From assembly GCA_964199315.1 (NCBI GenBank), contig OZ116703.1, positions 25,420,001 to 25,484,000 on the forward strand: a stretch of DNA of 64,000 nucleotides, written 5' to 3'. Shown here piece by piece: positions 38,201 through 50,200 of this stretch. Source of the stretch: Orbicella franksi. Taxonomy: Eukaryota. Below the pieces are notes generated by a model. That model did no database searches. It saw nothing but the letters and a program-made list of their open reading frames with translations, and was not told where the DNA came from. Made by a program: the position numbers and the translations under genes. Numbering within the stretch: the first letter of the stretch is position 1; every line of letters starts with the position of its first letter.

Positions 38201-41200
38201 GCATCTCATACTATAAATTTGTGGCAGGGTTTTCCCATGTCCAATTTCAGTGAAAAATGACAGAACATTTTTGACATACATGTAATCTAAAATAGTAGAG
38301 TGATTGTGTCGAAATGCTTAGAGTGAAAAAGTTTTCAGAAATTAAAAAAAATCACTGACATGGTTTTGATGTTCAAATATTAAACGTTTATCCAAATTTT
38401 AGGTCAAGTGAACAAAATTATTAAGTGTCCCTTTCAAGTGGAGAATACAGTTCATGAAAACAACACTTAGAAAAATCCCTTGTTATGGATGTAAACTCTG
38501 TCTACTGATAATAACTGGATAAATTGGCCAGTATGTGCTTGGGCAGTTTTCTTTCACTCAACTTGTAGTGAAAATTTCACACAGTTCCATCTCCAAAGTC
38601 CCCATGCTTTGATTTGCACTACATAAGGAAAACATTTGTTATGCTGTTTTTGAAAGATCATGAACCCAAAACAAAAATGTCTTACACCTTTATACAATGT
38701 AACCAGAACAAGCCTGAGAGTATAAACATTTCTCAGTTTCTCTTTTGAAAACTGTCCAGAAGATGGTTGCTCTCTAGGTATATACCTCCTAATAGCCTAT
38801 TTACATTAATGTCTTTAAACAGACTTGCTTGAGAAGTCTCGTGTAGTACACCAACTGGAAGGCGAAAGAAACTATCACATCTTCTATCAGTTGCTGTATG
38901 GTGCTTCAAAGGAAATGCATGGTTTGTTGCTTGATTTAATTGTTAAACAATTTTTTTTGTGCCTGCTCAATTAAGACTATGGTAGAATTTGTACACTGCA
39001 GACTATAAACTGATGATTTTTTTAACTTATACATGTATTGTATTCCCAGTTCCATTATTAAGAGCAAACTGCAAACAGGCTAACCTGAGCAATATTCAGG
39101 CTAACCAGTGCACTAATTACGGGTAAAGTAGTCAGCAGTCTGCAAATGTCTTACCACTAGTAGTTAACAAATTTCAAAAGAAGAGATTCTCTAAAAGCAA
39201 CAATGCTCCAAAAGTTAAGGAGCCATAAATTTAACTTCATTGTTATTATGAAACAAATGCAAATAACAGCTGCAGGAAAGTGTTCTGCTGTTTATATTTA
39301 ATGATTGTTACTCCAGTGGCATTAAGTATGTGATAAATTTCTCTGTTCTCCTTTAATATGAAATCTTTTCATCAAGATTTCATCCTTGCATTTCTTTGTA
39401 TGTTCAAAAACATAGTTAACTGCAGTAATATTTATTCATTTATTCGACATGGATTAGTTAACATGTACAGTTATGGTACATGGTTTAGCTATTGGAAAGT
39501 AATGAACTCACCTCCTTTGTAAGTCAAGACCCGCAAAAAGTAACAAGTAGTAATATAAGAACTTAACGATGCATATCTTGGTGCTATTCAGTTTGGGCCT
39601 GAACAGTCCAGGAAATATACAAAATAATTATAAACATTGTTTTCTATCCAGAGAAACTTCTCATCGAGTCAAAGAAATCAGTGGATTATGAGTTCCTCAA
39701 GAAAGGTTCTGAAAGAGCTGATGGAATCAATGATGTTGAAGAGTTTGGTATTACTGAGGTTAGTAAGAAGTTGAGCCTGGTACTTGAACTCATAGCATGA
39801 TAAGACAAACTTTACGATTGGTTAAACTCTGCTCTGCATACATGTATAAAAAGAGAAACATTTAAAGTGAGATAGTCTAATAGGGATGCTTGTTCTTTGT
39901 GACTGAAGGGTGATACATTCCATTGTTAGAATTAACGGAAGACAAAATTTCATTCACTGCATGCTCTGCAGAGAGAACTAGAGACTAATGGTGTGCAAAT
40001 AGCCAGTTTACACTTGACATCATCATCTAACCTCCCTTGCCGTTAGAAAATGTTCAATATGGGTACACTATACAGCCATTTGTGTTTCTTTTACATCAGC
40101 AAGCTGCCAAGACACTGGGTTTTGCAGAAAATGAGAAGATGGGCATGTACAAAGTATGTGCTGCATGTCTGCACTGGGGTAATGCCAAGTTCAAACAAAG
40201 GCCCAGAGAAGAGCAAGCAGAGGTGGCTGATCCAAAAGGTCTGTGTCAAATGTTTGCGAAAAGTATCCATTAAATTAGAGAAAGCTTAAAAATGGTACAC
40301 CATCATAGCTAGATCAAAGCCTATTGTGGGTTGCAGTGCACTAAATTAGATTATGTAAAGTTGAGTGTTAGGTGTTGTGGAAATTAAAGTTAAAGTCAGC
40401 TTGTTTGAATACCATTAAACATTCCTGACTGCAGTGCAAAATGACCGTCCCCTCAAAGTGGACCCCTTCTTCTCTGTAGTCTTCTCACTGTATTTTTGTT
40501 TTCCTTCTGTACATCTAGATTTGGACAAAGTGTCATTCCTGATGGCAATTTCACAAACAGACTTTGGAAAGTCCCTTGTGAAACCAAGAATCAAAGTTGG
40601 CCGTGAGTTTGTGAACCAGGGGCGAAACCTTCAACAGGTAACATGCCTATTACTGAAATGTTTCAGCTTGAGAGCAAAACCACTTTATATGCAGATTCAA
40701 ATACTACCCATATCAATGAAACAGGTGTCTTTTAGCGAGTGTATACCATTTTTTAAATTTAAAAATAACTTACAGCGATATTCTTGTACAATTTAGGTTC
40801 AATACTCCATCGGCGCCCTCAGCAAGGCCATCTATGAGAGGATGTTTCTGTGGCTTGTTGAAAGAATAAACAAAACACTAGAAACCAAGGTAGGAATTAT
40901 ATCCTTAAATGCAGGGCATCATCATCATCATCATCATTGTCATCATCATCAACAAAATACCATGTTGTAGAGCACCAATTGTGCACGGTCATAGTAATAT
41001 TGATTAATTAGTATTGCAACAGGCTGTTGAAGACCTACACACATGCATACATTTCAAGGCTGTGGGACTCATTTTCTCAATCAGATTTTCTTAACATGTA
41101 ATGTTTCAGCTCAAGTTAGTCAAACTCCAGATTTTATATGTAGTCTCTGATAATACTTTCAGGACAGACGTGCCTTCTTCATTGGTGTGCTTGACATTGC

Positions 41201-44200
41201 TGGCTTTGAGATCTTTAAGGTGAGCTAAATGTAAAAAATAGGTTTTAATCACAAGACCAACCAGAGATTTTGACATTTTTACTATATTTCACATACTTTA
41301 TCCTGCTGCACCTGAAATTTCTTCTAATCAACGGATTCTAATGGTTTCGCGTATTTATTTGGTTCTTCCTGCAGTTCAACACATTTGAGCAGCTGTGCAT
41401 TAATTTGACAAATGAGAAACTTCAGCAGTTCTTTAATCACCACATGTTTATCCTTGAGCAAGAAGAATACAAACGTGAAGGCATTGAGTGGGACTTCATT
41501 AACTTTGGTCTGGACTTGCTTCCAACCATTGAACTTATTGAGAAGGTAAAGTCAGTCGTTCATTATATACCTGTATTACATTCAGGACAGTAATTATGAC
41601 ACCCTTTTTATGTTGCAATTTCAGCCCATGGGAGTGTTTGCCATTCTAGAGGAAGAATGCATTGTGCCTAAGGCCACAGACATGACCTTCTTACAGAAAA
41701 TGCACAACAACCATGACGGGAAACATCCAAAGTATTCCAAGCCCAAAATCTCTGGCAAAAGTGCTTCCAACCATCACTTTGAGATTGCTCACTATGCTGG
41801 CACAGTAGGCTACAATGTAGAGGGTTGGTTGGATAAGAACAAGGATCCCATCAATGAAGCTGTTGCAGGACTGTTTGCAAAGTCCACAGACCCATTTATT
41901 GCCCATCTCTTCAAGGATTATGCCAGTGAATGTGAGAGCTTAATCAGTCTAGGCCTTGTTTTGTTTTAATGTAAGGCTGTTTCTACATGTAAAAAGAATT
42001 GTCATAGTTGTACTTTGACACTCTTTGAGGAAATGGAGTTACAAACAGTTGTATTTGTTGGTGTGTACTGATTTTCAGTATTTTCTTACAGCTCATGCAA
42101 GAGGCAAGGGAGGCAGTTTTATGACTGTCAGTAACAAACACAAGGTATGCAATAAATTCTTGTTAACAGAATTGGAGTTCTTCTATAGACCCTTTTCATA
42201 AATGGCTGCCAATTATAAATTCTTTTGTAAGTATTAAAATTAGCCTGACTAACCTCGTTTTTGAGTAGATAATTCAAAAGAATTTTTCTCCCAAACGAGT
42301 TTAATGAGGCTAATTTGAATGCATACAAAAGAATTTAAATTGGCAGCCATTTATGAAAAGGTTCTATTCTCCAGCTAACCCTTTTACATGGGTAGCTAAT
42401 CTTAATTTGTTCTTTTCTAAAGTAAACTACTCTAGAACTTTAATGTAATTTATGATAAAAGTTGCAAGGAATTGAATTGTTCCCATTTACATACATGTGA
42501 CTCTCCATTTAGGAACAACTGGGTCGTCTGATGGATACTCTGTACAGCACATGCCCTCATTTTGTGCGCTGCATTGTCCCTAATGAGCACAAGAAGGCTG
42601 GAGTGATTGAGTCTCAACTAGTGTTACATCAGCTGAGATGTAATGGTGTGCTTGAAGGTATTCGTATCTGCCGAAAGGGATTCCCCAACAGAGTACCATT
42701 CAATGAATTCCGACAGAGGTGAGTAACAAAGCACATAATACCATATAAATGTACATGTATATAAACAAACAAAATAAATTTCTACCGACTCAAAGGATAA
42801 GATTGGGTATGTACATGCAAGGGAGCAATCATGGCTTAAAGGTTATCGTCTTAGACATAGAATTGAGAGTTTGACAGTCTAGTGATGGCCAGGCCAGTGT
42901 AGTTATGGATAGCTCGTGGGAGGTCACTCTCTTTGGTTTTGATTTTTGTTGTTTTTGTAGTAGTCAAATGTCTAAATATTTCCTTTTTTAGGTATCAGAT
43001 CCTGGCACCAACAGCAGTGGCTGGGGGATTCATGGATGGCAAGAAGGCTTGTGAGAAGCTTCTGGATGCCATGCAACTAGAGAAAGCATCGTACAGGGTT
43101 GGAACAAGCAAGGTAATGCACACTGATCTCTAGCATTACAAAAAAACAAACACTATACTTTTGCAAAAATACTGTTAGATTTCATATTGTAAACCATACT
43201 TTTAGCTGCAATCAATAGAAAATAGTTTGTACAACCCTGAAAGCCACCTAATATTAACAACAAAGTGACTCAAATGGTGAATAGATTCAACCCTACTCTA
43301 ATTGTTGCTATCTACTGAAGCACTGCAGTTGTTCTGTGATGTGTCGTTCACAATTTGGATTTACAAGTGTCCTGATAAGTGATATATTAATAGGTCCTTG
43401 AATTTTAGTGCTGAAAAAAAGTGAATACTTAATTGCCTGATAGAAGTGCAGTACTCAGTTTCATTGTGAGTTCGAGTGAACATCGTGTATTATATGACAC
43501 ATTTAGGTATTCTTCCGGGCTGGTATCTTGGGAGAACTGGAAGACATGAGAGATGAGAGGCTGGCCAAAATCATCTCGATGTTCCAAGCCTACTGCAAAG
43601 GCTATCTCATGCGTAAAGAGTATCGCAAGATGTGTGACCAGAGGTATGGCCATTAAGCTTACATGAATTATTTTATGATACGGTTAAATATTGAAAAATG
43701 TCCTGTAGTTACGACTTACTTCATACCGTTACCATCTCTAGATAGCATAGCCTGAAAGGTATCCGTTTTGAAGAGTTAATACATGTACTTTACCAATTTC
43801 CTTATAGAATTGGAATTGCTGTCATCCAGCGCAACGTCAGGAAGTATCTGTTCCTGAGAAACTGGTCTTGGTGGAGACTTTACACAAAGGTAAAGCAGTT
43901 TGTAAACTCGAAATAAGAGCTAGCCTATATAGAAAGATACAAATGAAGTATTAATAAACAGAAAACAAACAAATGTGTTTGCGAGTGAGGAAGACTTTGA
44001 AAGAGTGACGCGGATTTACGAAAAAATGGCCAATTTATACTAGAAAGAAACGCGGTTTATACACTTTGCTTTACTATATAACTTGTGCTGTTTGTTTTCC
44101 AAGGTCAAACCTCTTCTGAACATTGCCCGTGCTGACGAAGAAATGAGGGAGAAAGCAGAAGAGGTAATTCATGCTTTTCAAAACTTACCTATCCATGAAA

Positions 44201-47200
44201 CTTAAGAGCAAACTCGAGAACATTTTTCTTGATCTGCCAAACGTCGGGCGAGAATGCGATACAAAGTCGAGGTGATCTCCTACAGCGCGGCTGCCAAGCG
44301 CGGGAAAAGTTCGCGCCTTGCTTCTGATTGGCTCAGACTCCAGAGGGAGTACCAAGCGCGGGAAAGTTGAGAACGTGAAGAGCAACATGGTTTTGCTAGG
44401 GTTTCAGAGGGTTTTTATATAGTATACAATAATACACATGAAAAAATTACTCGATTCTGATTGGCTAAGAGCAGTGCAGTTCAAGTGTAACACCAGTGAA
44501 AAAAGTGTAAGATCAGTGCAAAAAGTGTGACACCAGTGCAAATTACACATCGAAATTCTGGAGTATGATTGGCTGAAAGACAATGGGAACTTTTCTAACA
44601 AAACGACATCACGTAAAATGATGACGAAAATTTTGTGCTGAAACTTTGAAAAAAGTTTTCTCAAATGACAAAAATGGCTTCAAGAAAGATGTTCCGGCAC
44701 TTCCTCCGCGCGAATTTTTTCATGTTTATATTATCAATAAGTAATCATACGGTTTTTCTCGTTCAATTTGGAGTTAATTTGCACTTGTGAGTTTTTCAAA
44801 AAGCTGAAATTACACTCGCCGAAGCGGCTCGTGCAATTTCTGCTTTTTGAAAAACTCACTCGGGCAAATTAATTCCAAATTGAACTCAAAACCGTATGAT
44901 TACCTATTCTAATAATTTCTACTGTAGTAACTCAGTAATAAAAGGGTCGGTTTGAAGCCAAAGCATTCAAATTCGTATTGCTGACGATGGTTGACGCCCG
45001 TGCTTCAACAAACTGAAACCTGAACTCAACTAAAACACTCCCATAGTGCCCTGTTGTGATAAAACAGCAAATTGATCTCCTTGTTCTTATCTTTTTTATT
45101 AATCAGCTCAAGAAGCTGCAAGAACGATTTGCAAAGGAAGAAGAGCTGAGGAAAGAACTGGAGGAGAAACTGACTAAACTGATGGAGGAGAAGAACGAAC
45201 TCTTCCAAAATCTGCAAAGTGTACGTAGATAAAACTGTCGTTGACATCCTTACAGAATGCATTGACTAGGATGGGAGGGGATGGGGGTCACATGGTAATT
45301 TTTCTCAAGCGAATAACACGTTTTGGTCGTGTTTCATCGTTAACAAGACAGAGGTGTTATTAGTACCTGATTCTATAAGCTGCGAAATTGCCAAAGTATT
45401 GACCATGAATCTATGCTACCGACGTTGTAGCAACGTCTCACGTCTTCATTCCCACATTGTCACGCAATCACATCATAATATTAAGAAGAATAGTGAAAGG
45501 ACATCCCAAGAATGAGGGAAATCAACAACGAGGGAATGTGGATCGAAATTCTCAGAACTTACATTTAAGATGTGTAGCAAACAGTATAGAGAATTTCTAT
45601 TTTGAACACAGGAGCAAGATGCTTGTGCAGATGCAGAGGACAGGGCGGCTCAACTGACCAAAGAAAAAGAAAAGCTTGAGGACCAAGTCAAGGTGGGACG
45701 AAAACTAAATGCAATATATTTTAGTTGTTTTTACTGTCAGTTGAAATTTAGTTGCTTTTGGGTTGAAAACATTCCTCAGCGTGAAAAAGAGGAGTCGAAA
45801 AAGAAGCAATTTATTTAGAAGAGTAACTTCGAACTAATAATCTGAAGAATTTTGGAATGTGTCAAAAGTAGACGCGACCTTTGCCATTTACTGTTTGCGA
45901 GTGTTGGTAAAACGCTTTCCGTTAATTGTTTTGATTGCGCACTGTTTATTTTTCATTGACTCTGCTTTTAGGAAAAAAGAAAAACAGTCATGTTGTCATA
46001 CAGCACTCATCACTTTGATGCCTAAGCCAACTTACAGAAGTAAGATCATTGACTCGCTAGACCTTTCTCTTGACAGGACCTTTCTGAACAACTGGACGAT
46101 GAAGAAGAATCCGGTGCTGAGATGGCGGAGGCAAAAAAGAAAATGGAAGCCGAAATCAACGATCTCAAACAAGACGTAGAAGACTTAGAAACTGCTCTTA
46201 AAAAGGTAGGTTAGAGGTATAAATTACAAGAAAACAAAGCAATACGCTAGGATAACAGCGCCTAGCGCCTGTGTTTAAGTCTTATTTTTATCAGGAAAGG
46301 AATTTGTCATGTATCCATTTGTTACTTTGGTAAATGTTTTGATAGCAGATACCTCACAGGCTTGTCAATGTTTTGTTTGCAAAAAATATAACTCTTTGAT
46401 TCGTCATCGCTTCATAGGCCGAGCAGGACATTGCGAGCAGAGAGAAAAACGCCGAACAGCTCCAAGACGAACTCGCCGCTCAAGATGAATCGATTACTAA
46501 ATTATCAAAAGAGAAGAAGGCACTCGAGGAAGCGAAGCAGGTAAGACACTCCGTCATCACTAGCGTCTTATTTACGAAGTAAAAAATTAGCGAAAATTCG
46601 AAAAAATCCGAAAATCATATGATAGTTTAAAAAAAAAATAGAAAGGAAGAAAAATAACAAAAAGGTTAAAAAGGAGTAAGGATGACTACGATTGGTCAAG
46701 TGTGAGCCCGATTACGAAACTCGAACTTAAAAAATACGAAGGCTATGCGAATAGTCATGGACTATCTTACTTACGCACCCGGTGACACAATGGTGACTAA
46801 AGCCAGTAACCACAAAAATGACAAATTCGGATTGAACTGCTTTGCTTTTACAGGAACTCGAGGATCAACTGCAGGAAGAGGAAGACAAAGTCAGCCACCT
46901 CAATAAAGTCAAATCTAAACTTGAACAACAAATAGACGAGGTAGGTGTTCCCTTAATTGACAGCAACATTTCCAATTTATTCTTATTTATTATTTAGTAG
47001 AGGTGTTTTCTTGTTTATTGGACGTTAGCTCCTAAGCTTTTGTTATTATTGTTTGTATTGCAGACAGTCGAACAATGGGAAAGAGAGAAAAAAGCTCGTG
47101 CAGATGTCGAGAAAGTTAAAAGGAAACTGGAAGGTGACTTAAAGGTGAGTGTTAGCCGCGCGTAATCAAAAATCAAGAAAAAATATCAAGACTTCATTTA

Positions 47201-50200
47201 TCTACGGTAAAGATTAAAGCCATAAGCTTATAGGGCCGTGCACTAAAATAAAAGAAAAAATAATAAATACTGTAACCTACTATTATTACAACCCAAAAAC
47301 ATGTTCTCAAAAATCATTCAATTAAACCTTTTATTACCCGTGGACCCACGATAATGCACCTCGCACCCTTCACTTTACCCTCGCGGTTGCCAGCTCGCAC
47401 AGCTGCTAAAAGTAGTAGTCGGTCTCCATAAATATTCTTGGCTGCCTAGTAGCTTCCATGGAAATATTACAAGGGAACTTTAATACTAGTGTCTTCTGAG
47501 AAAGTTGACATTGTTGTGTTGCTTCGTGGTCACCAGATGACACAAGACAGCCTGGAGGATGTCAAGGGTGAGAAAGCGCGCCTTGAAGAGGACTTGCGAA
47601 GGTAACTGCCTGAGTCACGTCATAATTAAACAAAGTACAAAATAAAAACAAGTAGTTCTTGCATTTTTCTTTTCCCTTTTTGTATTTATTTATATCTGTT
47701 CCGAAACAATTTTCAGACGCAGAGCCGGAAAATCGAAAAAGACGAACTGGAAACATTTCGGCTGTCGTTGCGACATACCCATGACACATAACGTGAACTT
47801 CCGCTGATAAGCACCCTTCCCCCCGCTCATAAGCCCCCTAGGTTATAGGCCCATCTAGCTGTAAACCAAAAAATATTTCCAGTTATACTATACATTATTA
47901 TTAGTGTAAAATCTATGTGTGGAGTATGTAAAGGCTGTGGGAACGTTCCCTTTGTTTTGTCTACAATGACGGTCTTTTACCTGCAGGAAAGAACAAGAAC
48001 TCAACGAAAGTAATGGCAATAACGAAAACCTCCTGGCGCAAATCGAGTCATTAAAGAAGAAAATAAGAGAGTTGGAGGTATGGAAAAGTACAAAAACAAA
48101 ACCAAAAAAAGGAACCGTTAAATAGTTTTCTCTAAGGTTTTACTTTGGTTCGGTTTCGGTCAACGTGCTTGATCACTGATGAACTTGCTTCATCACTGAT
48201 GAACGGGTTTTCATTTTTAGCACTCTTGATGAAATGTTTGTGAGAATGCTTCAAATAAAGCATTTAGTTGATTATCAACTTCAAGTTTGTAGAAGTAAAT
48301 ACTGGTAACGAAAGCCACACAGTAACCTGGGAACGAACTTCACCTGTTGTCTACAGCTGAGAAACCCGGATTTTCTCGCCACGCGGGCTAATAGATTCCT
48401 CTCGTAAACTGACTGAAGATCAACCCACTAGAAACATTTCAATCGTGTGTGACTTCTATTTTACTCGTACTCCAGTCTGCCGCTATCCATCATATTGCGA
48501 CCGCAGTCTAGTCTTTTGTAAAATATGTTTGCCTTGCAAGGGTTTTCCTTTGTTTCGTAAGTTGAATTTTAATGAACCATTGACTAAAGATTAAACTTTT
48601 TAATAGCTGTGTACAGGTTATTACTGCATTCCTGCATAACATTGTCACGAGGCGGGCTGAACGGCTCCAGGTCAGCTTATGTTGCTGGATTTCGGATCAA
48701 TAATGTAGTATTTCAAACGTGTGCGAGTATATCTGCGAAATCAGAGCTTTTGAAAGCATGTGGGCAGCGGAGGCACACAACTACAGTTTCTATGTGCATC
48801 CATCAGACAAGATATCCGCTGTAAGTGAAGGCTTCTTGTCGCGTGAAGAAAATGCCGACGCTGTTTGCTCGTGGACGGTGCGAATTTTGACATTCCAGGC
48901 AATTTACTACGTGCCGCAAATTGTGCTCTCTCAAACCTGATTGTTATTTTAATCCATCGCAAAATATTGGCGAGGATATTTGTTCGTTAGATAGTGCAGA
49001 CAGATCTTGTTGCCAGTCGGATTTCACCAGCTGGTATGAACAAGATCTAGCTGCCGTTCCTAGTTTGTTTCGATTTCAAGTTGGGCCGGCATTCGTTTAA
49101 CCACTGTACACTGCGAAGTAACAGCGCGCGTGATGCAGAGCACAGGAGTTTTCGCTCCAATGAGTTTGTACTTTCTTTGTTCTTCAGGCCCGCATCGAAG
49201 AGTTGGAAGAAGAATTGGAACAAGAGAAAAATGCGCGATCCAAGGTATGGTGAACACTTGCACTTACTGATTACATAAGCTCTACTAGGAAGGGGAGTTA
49301 TATAACCATACAGTCAACTTCTTGTACTGACCTTTAAGTCGATGGACTTGAAATCGAGAACTTAATTAGCACATCGGTGAACTGTTTGCGTCTTTCTTTT
49401 GATAACAGTACAATGTACATCTAATCTGCATCTCGTGGAATTCTTTCACTATATTTTTCTGCATTACTGAGCAGTCTTCATCGCACTGTTTCGGCCGAGT
49501 CGACAAAGCTAATGAAACACGGGAACAAGCTTGTGATTTGTTCTCGGAAAGAAGTCACGTAGAGAGGCTTACAGTTTTAATTTGTTTTGAGATCAGCGTC
49601 ACGACGAGCGAACAATGGCAAATAAGTTGCTAAACCTTCCGTTATCTCACTGTCGAAACTTGTTTAAAAAAGCTATCGTAACTTTTTTATTCTAAGTTAA
49701 AGAAATATGCAGGTTTATACACAGTAAGGTATATTGGACATTATTCATTCCTCCACGGCTGGAGGTTGAATTGAATTTCCGTCTTGTCATCCAACAGGCG
49801 GAACGCGCGCGAATGGAACTCGAGAGGGAACTGGACGATTTAAACGAAAGACTTGAGGAACAAGGTGGTGCCACCCAGGCACAGGTATGTGTTGGAAAGT
49901 AAATATTGTATTAAAGAAAAAACGAAATTGAAGCGACCGGAAACGGAAAAACACAAGTACAGGTAGTCGGAAATGAAAGTTTGTTCTTCAACGCTTTGCA
50001 AAAAAAAAATGTGTGTTTGTTTGTTTTTGAATTCTTTTTTTGGTTTAAACTGTGCCACTCATGGAAGTGTATGAAGAGATAAATAAGTATTTTTGCTTTT
50101 TTTTTTTCTGCCGTAGATCGAGCTTAACAAAAAGCGCGAGAGTGACATCACCAGACTCAGACGAGAACTCGAGGAACAGGCCTCGCAACATGAACAGTCC

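Noticed and set aside
34300-43400. Chimeric gene with a non-muscle myosin head as the cause of CpG depletion
   Set aside because: Head motifs ([28 protein letters not shown]) look striated-type like the rod; only a head-versus-rod phylogeny could revive the idea.
36332-44103. Drosophila-style duplicated mutually exclusive exons in the motor domain
   Set aside because: I saw no duplicated exon-like sequence in these introns; nearby alternative AGs (36695, 42078) are out of frame.
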